From positions 1-64,000 of the forward strand of contig CAWGPD010000004.1 in assembly GCA_963824385.1 (NCBI GenBank): a stretch of DNA of 64,000 nucleotides, given 5' to 3'. Of the stretch, positions 1-9,118 are shown piece after piece (within the stretch, counting starts at the first letter, position 1; every line of letters starts with the position of its first letter). The notes under the pieces are model-generated. The model saw only the letters and a list, made by a program, of their open reading frames with translations, did no database searches and had not been told where the DNA came from. The stretch is from an uncultured Nitrososphaerota archaeon. GTDB taxonomy: Archaea; Thermoproteota; Nitrososphaeria; Nitrososphaerales; Nitrosopumilaceae. The position numbers were made by a program, and so were the translations under genes.

Positions 1-119
1 TTCCAGACAGGCCAGACCGCTGTCATCATGACCCCTATGATTGCAAGACCTATAACCCATGCAAGCAATGGCTGTAGATTTTTGTGTACTTTGTATTCTT
101 TTTGATCTGATGTGGTCAT
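1..119 (-). CDS. 5' part of a membrane or secreted protein running off the window edge
   Basis: Manual translation MTTSDQKEYKVHKNLQPLLAWVIGLAIIGVMMTAVWPVW; hydrophobic segment; no stop before position 1. Confidence 0.55.
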   Translation of the reverse strand, partial: MTTSDQKEYKVHKNLQPLLAWVIGLAIIGVMMTAVWPVW

Positions 120-244
120 GATATCATTATGCACTTCCGAAAATATAACGAGGGCGTACTCAATGTAAGACAACGTATGACGCAAACAAGATCTAGTTTT
201 AAAATTCAAATCAGAGTTTAATGCTAAAATCTACACTACGAAAA

Positions 245-658
245 TTATTGTAAAATTCGAGGTATCTTTTTGATTATATGAGACAAGGATATTCTTCCAG
301 GTCCTAGTACCATTATAGTTATCAAAATAATAAATGCTAACAATTCTAGTTCTATTCCATTTTTACCTGAAAATGATTGCGCCTTTTTAACATAAATGAT
401 TGCACCAAGCATGTCTATGGCAATTAGTGCACTTGCTATCTTTGATAAAACTCCTATTATCAAAAGAGCGCCTCCTACTGACTCTAGTAATCCTACGAGT
501 ATTGCCATCTCTGAAGGAAGTCCTATGCTCTGAAGAAAACTACCAAATCCGCTACCAAATTTCATCTGACTGTGAACTATAAAAAATACACCAACTACAA
601 TACGTAATCCAAAATGAGATAGGTCATGTATTTTATGTGTTCTAAGATTGGCATCCAT
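245..658 (-). CDS. DoxX family membrane protein
   Basis: GLRIVVGVFFIVHS..KF and E..GG.LLI.G motifs with about 4 hydrophobic helices; start placed at MDAN (658). Confidence 0.8.
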   Translation of the reverse strand: MDANLRTHKIHDLSHFGLRIVVGVFFIVHSQMKFGSGFGSFLQSIGLPSEMAILVGLLESVGGALLIIGVLSKIASALIAIDMLGAIIYVKKAQSFSGKNGIELELLAFIILITIMVLGPGRISLSHIIKKIPRILQ

Positions 659-756
659 TCTATTTTGTATCAAAAAATGTTGTATATACTCGTTGTTAAA
701 CTGTTTTTCTTAATTTTCAGTGAAAATGTTTAGCCTCGAAATAATATATTATAATT

Positions 757-1131
757 TTAAACAGTTTTATCATTTGAAATGACTTGCTTGTATTTTTTGT
801 AAGCCATTGTATTGGTAATTAGAAGTAATCCCTGCAAAATGTAACCACCTACAATCAAAACAATTCCATTGTAAAATGGATGTAATGTAGACATGATCTC
901 AATATGTTTTGGGGAAACTGTATTGCCGATAATTACTATTGCCGCAATGATGAAATTTGGAATGTATGCATATCTGAAATTTTTAGCAGAGACTATTGCA
1001 AGTGCAACAAATGAAAATTCAAGGGAAAATGCCTGAATGAGAAATTTGGGATCTCCCAAAGGTATTCCAAATGCGCCTGTTATACAAACTGCGACTAGAA
1101 CTAGAACTACACTTTTTTGGAAATGATTCAT
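757..1131 (-). CDS. Hypothetical membrane protein
   Basis: 124-aa ORF with about 4 hydrophobic segments. Confidence 0.7.
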   Translation of the reverse strand: MNHFQKSVVLVLVAVCITGAFGIPLGDPKFLIQAFSLEFSFVALAIVSAKNFRYAYIPNFIIAAIVIIGNTVSPKHIEIMSTLHPFYNGIVLIVGGYILQGLLLITNTMAYKKYKQVISNDKTV

Positions 1132-1398
1132 TTTTGATTTGAGATGTATAGGTATTCTTAATAAAATTAATTATAATTTGACTAAAAGCATCCTAAATAC
1201 GCGCGTGTTATGGGATTCATGATGTATTGAAACTAGTTCTGGACATCTTTAGGACTTGTAAACCCTAACCTTCAGGTCCTAATTATAAATCCCCGACGAA
1301 TATCGGCATATTTTCTTTCATAGGCATGGAAAAACGACTAGTGGCTCCATTCTAAGACAAGTTTAAAAGGACGATGTTACGTGTTTGATAATCGTCTT

Positions 1399-1677
1399 AT
1401 GACCAAGGACAAGAAAAAAGAAGCAAAAAAGCCTGCTAAGAAGGAAGCTCCAAAAAAAGGCCCCGCTAAGAAGGAAGTCTCCAAAAAAAGAACCTTCTAA
1501 GAAAGAAACCCCAAAGGGAAAGGTAAAGGAGAAGACAAACTCAAAGAAGACATCGTTCAGGAAGATGACGGCATAATAGTTGTTGAAGATGATACTGGTC
1601 TTGACAAAGAAGCAGAGGTTGAAGCAAGAAAGGCATACTTGGAAGAAGCCCGTTCCCAAGAAGCAAGCGACGATTAG
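1399..1677 (+). CDS. Small protein with Lys-rich N-terminus and acidic C-terminus, interrupted by an in-frame TAA between two apparent compensating indels
   Basis: ATG 1399 MTKDKKKEAKKPAKKEAPKK; TAA at 1498-1500; the same frame later reads GKGEDKLKEDIVQEDDG...EEARSQEASDD* ending 1677. Confidence 0.6.
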
Positions 1678-1733
1678 ATTTATTCATAATCTTTTAACAT
1701 AATGCTTATCCGTGATCATTTCATTACAGGAAT

Positions 1734-1982
1734 ATGCGATCTCTATGTTTGATTACAGTAAAACCTGGCAAAGTTGATGCCGTCATCGCATCTTTGAAAA
1801 AAACAAGAAAAATTGTCAAAGAAATAATGGTCGTAACAGGTAGAGCGGATATTGCAGTTGTATTGCAAGGAACGATTGAAGAGATTAACAATGTGGTTAT
1901 AGACTTTAAGAAAATAAAGGAAATTGTTTCAACGGAGACATTGATAGAAGTGGAGGTAGATATGGGTTGGTCAAAGCAGTAG
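1734..1982 (+). CDS. Stand-alone Lrp/AsnC ligand-binding (RAM) domain protein
   Basis: About 80 aa; V.PGK...V, VTGRADI and TETLI patterns of the AsnC C-terminal domain. Confidence 0.8.
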   Translation: MRSLCLITVKPGKVDAVIASLKKTRKIVKEIMVVTGRADIAVVLQGTIEEINNVVIDFKKIKEIVSTETLIEVEVDMGWSKQ

Positions 1983-2185
1983 TTCTAGTTAAATCTCCGA
2001 AAAAATTGATAGCGGCACGACTCCGTATGGTAAAATCAGTCTATGACTCTTTTCCAGTTAGTGGCCAATTTGACGCAGTTGCGCTAATTGAAGTCAAGGA
2101 ATTATCCCAGATCAAGGATGTGACAACCGATATTCACAATATCAAGGGCGTAGAGCGTACTGAAACACTTGTACAAGTAGTATAA
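1967..2185 (+). CDS. Stand-alone Lrp/AsnC ligand-binding (RAM) domain protein
   Basis: VSGQFDAVA and GVERTETLV motifs; overlaps the preceding paralog. Confidence 0.8.
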   Translation: MVKAVVLVKSPKKLIAARLRMVKSVYDSFPVSGQFDAVALIEVKELSQIKDVTTDIHNIKGVERTETLVQVV

Positions 2186-2227
2186 GGTACCAAAATCCTT
2201 TAACACCTCCTAGTCTTATCTCTGGGT

Positions 2228-2638
2228 ATGAATATCAGACACCTTGGCAGTGTAATTCTCGCAGTTTCAGACATTGAAAAGTCTCTGAAATTTTACCACG
2301 AGGTAATTGGTTTGCCAATTAAGAATTCCCGAGAAAATTGGGTAGAATTGGCAAAAGAGGGTGCGACGGTAATACTACATCCTGCAATCAGAGCCATCAA
2401 CACTGGAACATCCATTGAAAATGGCATAGTTGTAGGACTTGTTGTAGGCGATATAGACTCTGCAGTAAAAGAACTCAAATCGAAAAATGTCCCAATTTAC
2501 CGAGACATTATTTCACACAAGGCAGGCAAAAACTGTATTGTGTTAGACCCAGACAAATACATGGTGTCATTATTTGAGCCCTCATTTGATGATGGTGCAA
2601 AACAAGCACGTGGTTTCCACGGATTTGCTCCACTCTAA
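2228..2638 (+). CDS. VOC/glyoxalase family protein
   Basis: LAVSDIEKSLKFYHEVIG and DPD motifs. Confidence 0.85.
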   Translation: MNIRHLGSVILAVSDIEKSLKFYHEVIGLPIKNSRENWVELAKEGATVILHPAIRAINTGTSIENGIVVGLVVGDIDSAVKELKSKNVPIYRDIISHKAGKNCIVLDPDKYMVSLFEPSFDDGAKQARGFHGFAPL

Positions 2639-3027
2639 ATAATTTTTTTAATTTTTAACATTATTTGAACTACAGCATCTGGAGATGTACTCTTGTTTAT
2701 TGAAATGTAGTAAATTCCTTCTTTTCTTTGAAATACAATTACAGTAATTTTTTCATGTCTGAAAACCACATGATCCATCTTTCCAAGGGCCGCACTTGCT
2801 TTGTTTCGCATTGTCAACAAAGTTGAAACAAGAAAGAATTCATTTCTTGCAGCTTCTCTGGATAACAAAGTAGTAAGTCCTGGTTTTAAAATTCCTGTAA
2901 GTGTAGTCCCATACTCATTAATCAAACCGACATATCTTATTGATTTTGATAATTCAACAATACTCTGACACTTTTTTCTATATTGGATAATCTGCTCTTT
3001 CCATTTTTGATCTGGTGTTTTTTGCAT
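2635..3027 (-). CDS. Thaumarchaeal roadblock/profilin-like protein (DUF6659-like)
   Basis: C..I....IRYVGLINEYG pattern typical of this expanded thaumarchaeal family. Confidence 0.6.
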   Translation of the reverse strand: MQKTPDQKWKEQIIQYRKKCQSIVELSKSIRYVGLINEYGTTLTGILKPGLTTLLSREAARNEFFLVSTLLTMRNKASAALGKMDHVVFRHEKITVIVFQRKEGIYYISINKSTSPDAVVQIMLKIKKII

Positions 3028-3065
3028 GTCTATGGTAGAATGTTTAGGCTTTAAAAAGTAAGAGG

Positions 3066-3434
3066 TTACTTTTTCTTTTCTTTATCAAGACCAGTTTTTA
3101 ACGAAAGATTTTCTTGTCGCAATTTTTCATTTTCTTCTCTTAGGGTATCAACTGATTGCATTCTTGTATGCATTGGATGTCCTGGCATGAATGCGTTTGG
3201 TGTCATGTTAAACAAGCCTGCTGCATATTTTTGAAACATTGTATGATATCCTGTTAGTCTACCCATCGTCATGGCGGAATCCTGTACAATTTGGTCCTTT
3301 ATTCTTCCAGTATTGGCAATTCCAAGTGGAGGGTTTGCACGAGGTGGTAATCTTGGAAATGCAAATGGTGAATTTATCATATCAAGTGGTTGTCCAAATG
3401 TTTCCATGATTCTTCTTGCATCGTAATACCACAT
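3066..3434 (-). CDS. Hypothetical protein with C-terminal coiled coil
   Basis: 122-aa ORF; LREENEKLRQEN heptads. Confidence 0.55.
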   Translation of the reverse strand: MWYYDARRIMETFGQPLDMINSPFAFPRLPPRANPPLGIANTGRIKDQIVQDSAMTMGRLTGYHTMFQKYAAGLFNMTPNAFMPGHPMHTRMQSVDTLREENEKLRQENLSLKTGLDKEKKK

Positions 3435-3723
3435 GAATGCAATTCTTCCTCTCCTCTATTTCATGTTTACTCACAAACTTACTCGTTAGATATACAAAAG
3501 TGTCAAATGTCCATCATTTTTTATCAAATTTCATCGATCGCTGATCCTTATAGAATGCCCAGATCGACATCAATTTGATGTCAAAAACAATATCAATGCA
3601 TTGTATAAAATGTAAAAAAAATATTATTTCTACAGATTTGTACAAAATTGTAATGTATATTGTAGATCAAAAATTTACAGATCATCACTACGAACATGTA
3701 GAATGTCCAGATAGATTTACTGT

Positions 3724-4524
3724 CTAGGTATGCATTGCATAAACGCGATATAGTTTTCCAGTCTTCTTGTCTTGGTATGACCAGCGATCGTCTTCCCACT
3801 CTACTGATTCGAAAAGATTTTTCAAATTTGGATGAAGTTTATCATAAATATCTTGGCCAACCAAAATTTGATTTGGTTTTGAATGTGCAGTGATCTTGGC
3901 AGCAATACTTACTGCGGGGCCTAAAATGTCAACATGTGATCTTACTTCATCTGCGCCATATCGTACTATTACATTTTCTCCATAGTCCATTCCTATCTTT
4001 ACTCGCAACTCTGGATAATCGTATTCGCTAAGAATTGGATTTATTCCTCTTTCAATTATGTCTATCATGGTCTTTGCACAGTTGACAGCGTTATCTGATA
4101 CAACAAGCGGGCTTTCTTCTGCAATGAAGTATCCTATTACGGCATCCCCTACGTACTTTAAGACATAACCGCCATGGTGACGAATAACTGAACGCATCTC
4201 TTGTGAGAATGAACTGATGATGATTCCAAGTTTTTCTGGTGGAAGTAATAATGCCATTTCGGTTGAACCGACAAGATCTACATACATGACTATCATGTGT
4301 AGTTTCTGGGATACGTGGTTGCGCAAAAACTTGTCAGACTCGTCGACAGAATAGTCATACTCATATCCTTTCTTAAGTGAACTCCACACTCTCTTTTGTG
4401 TCTCTTTGATGAGACTTTCTGTATCTAACGTACCAGACTTGCCTCCTCCTAACATCATGTCAATGATGTTCTTTGTAGGCACATCTTTTTGGGGATTTAC
4501 GGGTTCTTCACTCATTGGTATCAT
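3724..4524 (-). CDS. Class III adenylate/guanylate cyclase
   Basis: YVDLVGST, KYVGDAV, LRVKIGMDYG and DILGPAVSIAAKI motifs. Confidence 0.9.
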   Translation of the reverse strand: MIPMSEEPVNPQKDVPTKNIIDMMLGGGKSGTLDTESLIKETQKRVWSSLKKGYEYDYSVDESDKFLRNHVSQKLHMIVMYVDLVGSTEMALLLPPEKLGIIISSFSQEMRSVIRHHGGYVLKYVGDAVIGYFIAEESPLVVSDNAVNCAKTMIDIIERGINPILSEYDYPELRVKIGMDYGENVIVRYGADEVRSHVDILGPAVSIAAKITAHSKPNQILVGQDIYDKLHPNLKNLFESVEWEDDRWSYQDKKTGKLYRVYAMHT

Positions 4525-4656
4525 CTACTCTAATGGAAAATTGACTCCACATACAGGACATACTCCTCTTTCTCCTTTGTATTTTATATCAAAGTATTGT
4601 ATGATTTCTACGTCACAGTTCCAGCATACTATCTTCTTAAACGAGGGTTTTGGCAT
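4525..4656 (-). CDS. 43-aa zinc-ribbon (CxxC...CPxCG) microprotein
   Basis: Manual translation MPKPSFKKIVCWNCDVEIIQYFDIKYKGERGVCPVCGVNFPLE*; its TAG directly abuts the cyclase ATG. Confidence 0.7.
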   Translation of the reverse strand: MPKPSFKKIVCWNCDVEIIQYFDIKYKGERGVCPVCGVNFPLE

Positions 4657-4740
4657 TTTTCTTACTCTGAATTGAAATTGGCTTTATAGCGTATTTAAAG
4701 TACCTATCGATTTTATGTGGATGTTTCCTATGGATAATTT

Positions 4741-5592
4741 ATGCAGATTCCCACAAGCAATCCTGATCCTTTTATAAAATCAATGAGTGATAAGGCAGAA
4801 GCCGTCCGTACCTTGTTTTTAGAACACATGACTCGTCTTACAAATAAAGTTCCACTGAAAGTAATGCTGGGTGATGGTACAGTTACCGATCAGGAATCAT
4901 TTGATCCTGCTCTTGTTAGAAAGTTCTTTGATGATATATTGCAAAAAATTCCAGATTGGAGTAATCAGGGGGTTTCTGCAACTGCTGAAAAAGATCTTCG
5001 AAGAAGTTTTATAAAATTTGAGATAAAGGAAGGAAATTATCTTCTTTCTGGACACATGTCGTTACAGTACCACGCGTTATTGTTCTACAAGCTTGATCAC
5101 AGGGTAATTGAGATCCAAAAAGAACTCTCAGACATATCAGACATGATTGCAAAACTTCAGGTAAAGGTGGGACCAGAAAATGACAAGATCATAGAAGAAA
5201 AACTCAAACAGCAAGGATATCAATCAATGGATGACCAAAAATTGTTTGAAGTATTGTTTAACCGCGAAGACATCACCGAGGATATAATCCAATCAATTGA
5301 GGTGTCACATGCTGAACACACAAAACTTGTTTCAAACAGGGATAGATTATTTGGCGAGCTTGACAATATGCTAATTGAAGTATATCACACAACACCTGTT
5401 ATGATCGATGAAAACAGGATGATTGCAGCAGAGGAAGGATGTCTTTGCAACTTTAATTTGGAATATCTAAAAAATAACATACGACAGGGAAACATCAATC
5501 TCTCAAGAATCTCTGAACAGACAAAGACTAACTTGCTTGTGTTAATGGATGATGGCATAAAAGACTCTAAAAAATTAAAAAATTGTTTATAA
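4741..5592 (+). CDS. Hypothetical protein with coiled-coil region
   Basis: 283-aa open ORF; no recognisable catalytic motif. Confidence 0.75.
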   Translation: MQIPTSNPDPFIKSMSDKAEAVRTLFLEHMTRLTNKVPLKVMLGDGTVTDQESFDPALVRKFFDDILQKIPDWSNQGVSATAEKDLRRSFIKFEIKEGNYLLSGHMSLQYHALLFYKLDHRVIEIQKELSDISDMIAKLQVKVGPENDKIIEEKLKQQGYQSMDDQKLFEVLFNREDITEDIIQSIEVSHAEHTKLVSNRDRLFGELDNMLIEVYHTTPVMIDENRMIAAEEGCLCNFNLEYLKNNIRQGNINLSRISEQTKTNLLVLMDDGIKDSKKLKNCL

Positions 5593-5621
5593 GATTGTAT
5601 ATTTTAAAAGTAGCATAATTT

Positions 5622-5700
5622 AGCCAAGGGGCCCGGACTGCATCATCGACGCCAGAGTTTGGGGAGTTGACGTCAGGTGACGCAGCGTGACCCCTTGACT
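5622..5700 (-). ncRNA. Candidate small structured RNA (long interrupted hairpin)
   Basis: GC-rich patch; three stacked helices whose non-Watson-Crick pairs are all G-U on the minus strand; CTAAATAAT box 23 nt upstream. Confidence 0.5.
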
Positions 5701-5870
5701 TAGATCTGTAAGGTATTTCTGATATTATTTAGCCCTTTCCAGATCGTTGAAAATTCTATTAAATTATTAAGCAATCATGTATTTTTTGCTTAAAATCATA
5801 TTTTGTAATCAAAAATACATGACACATTTTGAAGCAATAGTATTCAACAAGCCAAATATACCAAGATGAG

Positions 5871-7091
5871 TTGAAAATTCTATTGAACATCACACTTGAA
5901 GACATACTAAGGTCTCAAAAGATACAGAAAAACGTAATTCGTAGAACTCCTCTTGAGGGTTCATACTCGTTTAGTGTCATGACAGGTTCCCAAGTTTATT
6001 TAAAATCTGAATGTCTGCAAAAGACTGGCTCGTTTAAGGTACGTGGAGCTTATGCAAAGATTGCAAGTCTTTCCAAAGAAGAAAAGAAAAAAGGAGTCAT
6101 TGCAGCTTCTGCAGGAAATCATGCTCAAGGTGTTGCATATGCATCAGCACTTGAAAAAATTCCATGCACTATCGTAATGCCAGTAAACGCTTCACCTGCC
6201 AAAGTTTCAGCCACCAAGGCATATGGTGCCAAAGTAATCTTGGAGGGTTCCATATATGACGAGTCATCTGCCAAGGCAACAGAGATTGCAAAAAAAACTG
6301 GTGCAACGATGGTTCATGCATTTGATGATGAAATAGTAATTGCAGCTCAGGGAGTAATTGGACTAGAAATAATTGAGGATCTTCCAGATGTTGATGAAAT
6401 CTATGTTCCAATTGGTGGAGGTGGGTTAGCTGCCGGAGTTTTAAAAGCAGTCAAGTCAAAAAAACCAAAAGTCAAAGTAATAGGAGTACAATCATCCGGA
6501 TTTCCTGCAATGAAAAAATCATTTGATGCGGGAAAATTACAATCAGTTTCAGGTCATAGAACTATAGCAGATGGAATATCTGTCAAGACGCCTGGACATG
6601 CCACATTTAAAATCATAAACGAATTAATTGATGATATCGTTCTAGTTGACGATTCTGCAATTGTAAAAGCAATGTTTCTTTTAATGGAACGAGCAAAGAT
6701 GGTTGTAGAACCAGCTGGTGCAGTAGGGTTAGCATATCTACTTGACAAAAAACCTGCCAAGGGAAAAAAGGTTGTTCCAATACTATCGGGAGGAAACGTG
6801 GACATGTATCTTCTAGGCCAAATTGTAGCCAAGGGCTTGACTGAGATGGGCAGGATGGTCAAGATATTCATACTTTTAACAGACAAGCCAGGGGCACTAA
6901 AGGAAGTCATAGACCAGATATCTTCTCTTAGTGTCAATATCGTAGATGTAATCCATGATAGGTTGTCATCAAGCATTCCTGCAGGAACTGCTGGGGTAAC
7001 ACTAAGCTTGGAGACCCAAGATCAGGAACACGCAGAACAACTAGTTGCATTTCTCAAAAAGAAAGACATCCAGTTTAAAGTAGTTACATAA
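5871..7091 (+). CDS. ilvA: Threonine ammonia-lyase (dehydratase) with C-terminal ACT domain
   Basis: K.E.LQKTGSFKVRGA PLP-lysine motif, SAGNHAQG, PIGGGGL, SGGNVD; ACT-like DKPGAL. Confidence 0.93.
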   Translation: MKILLNITLEDILRSQKIQKNVIRRTPLEGSYSFSVMTGSQVYLKSECLQKTGSFKVRGAYAKIASLSKEEKKKGVIAASAGNHAQGVAYASALEKIPCTIVMPVNASPAKVSATKAYGAKVILEGSIYDESSAKATEIAKKTGATMVHAFDDEIVIAAQGVIGLEIIEDLPDVDEIYVPIGGGGLAAGVLKAVKSKKPKVKVIGVQSSGFPAMKKSFDAGKLQSVSGHRTIADGISVKTPGHATFKIINELIDDIVLVDDSAIVKAMFLLMERAKMVVEPAGAVGLAYLLDKKPAKGKKVVPILSGGNVDMYLLGQIVAKGLTEMGRMVKIFILLTDKPGALKEVIDQISSLSVNIVDVIHDRLSSSIPAGTAGVTLSLETQDQEHAEQLVAFLKKKDIQFKVVT

Positions 7092-7119
7092 TACACCTGG
7101 ATTTCATTTGAAGTTTATT

Positions 7120-8382
7120 CTATGAGGATGGACTAACTAATGATAAAACATTGAATATCAAAACTATGCCAACAAAAAGACATGCAATTATTGTAGTTAT
7201 TTTTCTATTTACAAACTCACCCATTAATTTTTTGTCCATTGTAAGTATCACAATTGGTATTACTGCAATTGGTATCAACAGGCTGAGTAGAAATTGGCTG
7301 TACACTAGAATGTGTAATGGATCAAAGCCTAACAGTATGGCAACCGTGGTTGGAATTACGTTTACAAATCTTGTAACTATTCTTCGTAGCCACACGTTGA
7401 CTTTTTTCCCCAAGAGACCCTCCATTATTACTTGACCTGCTATTGTTCCAGCTGCAGATGATGCAATACCTGACGAAAGTAATGTGATTACAAAAATTGT
7501 TCCAGCAGATACTCCAAATAATGGCACAAGTGTCTTGTAGGCTTCGACAATTGATGCAATTTGAGAATTGTTGGGATAAAATGCAACTGCCGCCATTAAC
7601 AATATTGCAGCATTTACCAAGGCTGCGATTGTAAGCAAGAATATAGTCTCTGCAAGATGCAACCTTCGCATTTTTCTTCTATCCTCAAGTGTCTTACCAA
7701 TTGCCTTTTCCTTTGTAAGAAAAGAATGTAGGAAAACAACATGTGGCATTACAGTAGCACCAATTATGCCAACTGCAACAAACAACGCACTAGAATTTGC
7801 AAAGTGAGGTGAAAATGAACCAACAAGTATTCCATGTATAGTTGGTGGTGCTACTAGCATCTCATAGACGTAACCAAAGCTTATGATTGAGACAAAAAGC
7901 AAAAAGAGTTGCTCCATTAGGCGGAATTTTCTTGATGTGAGTGCCAATATTATGATGACATCTGCATCTCCAAAGATTGCGGCATAAATCATTGGCACTC
8001 CAAATAATAGATTTAATGCAATCACCGTTCCAAGATATTCTGCCAAGTCTGTAGCTGCAGCTGCAACTTCTGCGCTTAGCCAATATGGGATGATGAATAA
8101 CTTTCTGCCTAATTTTTCCCGCAAAATTTCAGCCATGCTTCTCTCTGTTGCAATTCCTAATTTTCCAGACAGATACTGGACTAGCATAGCAATTGCACTT
8201 GAAAGCCATACCACCCAAAGTAGCGAATAACCAAAAGCGGCTCCGCCTTGTAGGTCCGTTCCGTAATTTCCAGGATCCATGTATGCAATGCTTACAATTA
8301 GTGCAGGACCAGAATATGCGATGAATTTTCTTAGAAAACCTGTAAAATTAGATAATTTCGAATATAATCGAGGTGTTGTCAC
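7120..8382 (-). CDS. mntH: NRAMP family Mn2+/Fe2+ transporter
   Basis: YMDPGN and GATVMPH signature motifs; about 11 transmembrane helices. Confidence 0.93.
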   Translation of the reverse strand: MTTPRLYSKLSNFTGFLRKFIAYSGPALIVSIAYMDPGNYGTDLQGGAAFGYSLLWVVWLSSAIAMLVQYLSGKLGIATERSMAEILREKLGRKLFIIPYWLSAEVAAAATDLAEYLGTVIALNLLFGVPMIYAAIFGDADVIIILALTSRKFRLMEQLFLLFVSIISFGYVYEMLVAPPTIHGILVGSFSPHFANSSALFVAVGIIGATVMPHVVFLHSFLTKEKAIGKTLEDRRKMRRLHLAETIFLLTIAALVNAAILLMAAVAFYPNNSQIASIVEAYKTLVPLFGVSAGTIFVITLLSSGIASSAAGTIAGQVIMEGLLGKKVNVWLRRIVTRFVNVIPTTVAILLGFDPLHILVYSQFLLSLLIPIAVIPIVILTMDKKLMGEFVNRKITTIIACLFVGIVLIFNVLSLVSPSS

Positions 8383-8414
8383 AATTGCGTAAAGGCATGT
8401 TCTTCATATAAAAG

Positions 8415-8447
8415 TTAGCTAAGGCTAAATTATTTAGCCAGATCTAA
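8415..8447. promoter_or_regulatory. Two tandem TTAG-N6-CTAA boxes (DtxR/MntR/SirR-like operator) at the mntH promoter
   Basis: TTAGCTAAGGCTAA (8415-8428) and TTAGCCAGATCTAA (8434-8447), directly upstream of the minus-strand TTTTATAT TATA box. Confidence 0.6.
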
Positions 8448-8503
8448 ATTTCTAATTTCCTTTTTGAAAATGATTATTAGACAATCAAATCAAGTATTGT
8501 AAG

Positions 8504-8938
8504 TTGACCTCTAATTGGAAAGGAAAGTCTAGCATGTCTTGGTCAGAGATTGAATCATGCGTTGAGATTCTCTCCGATGGGATCAAAAAGACAGGTTTTG
8601 AGTTTGATGCAATTGCCACTATATCGCGAGGAGGACTGGTTCCAGCAAGACTGGTAGCTGATCATTTTAATATAAAAAAAATACTGGCTGACAAAAAAGT
8701 TATTCCCAAAAGAACGCTTTTTGTTGATGACATATATGATTCAGGTACTACGTTTGAAAAAATAATACCACGTGTTATAGATCCTAAAAATTTCGTATAC
8801 GCTACACTGGTGGCAAGAAAAGGGGCATGGTATCCAAAACAGCTAGTCTATGCAAAAAAAACTAAAGGCCAAGAATACGTGGTATTTCCATGGGATAAAT
8901 TAGAATCACAAAGGGCTCCAAAGTCTGCTAAAGATTAA
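8504..8938 (+). CDS. Purine phosphoribosyltransferase family protein
   Basis: ISRGGLVPA, FVDDIYDSGTT PRPP-binding loop, YVVFPW. Confidence 0.88.
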   Translation: MTSNWKGKSSMSWSEIESCVEILSDGIKKTGFEFDAIATISRGGLVPARLVADHFNIKKILADKKVIPKRTLFVDDIYDSGTTFEKIIPRVIDPKNFVYATLVARKGAWYPKQLVYAKKTKGQEYVVFPWDKLESQRAPKSAKD

Positions 8939-8963
8939 GTATTAGCATATTATTGAAAAATAC

Positions 8964-9080
8964 ATGAATCCATTTGCATGCTCGAAATGTTTTGTTGGAT
9001 ATAGGCCTGGAGAATTGATATCCTGTCCAAAGTGTAGTCAGGATTTTTGTGGCACGTGTTTTAAACAACATGCCCACTAA
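8964..9080 (+). CDS. 38-aa Cys/His zinc-finger microprotein
   Basis: Manual translation MNPFACSKCFVGYRPGELISCPKCSQDFCGTCFKQHAH* (three CxxC plus two His). Confidence 0.6.
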   Translation: MNPFACSKCFVGYRPGELISCPKCSQDFCGTCFKQHAH

Positions 9081-9118
9081 ATCAAAAAATAAGTAGGCCG
9101 TCTTTCTTACTTGATAAC

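Noticed and set aside
1363..1659. Phe-rich minus-strand ORF
   Set aside because: Antisense to the Lys/Glu-rich plus-strand gene.
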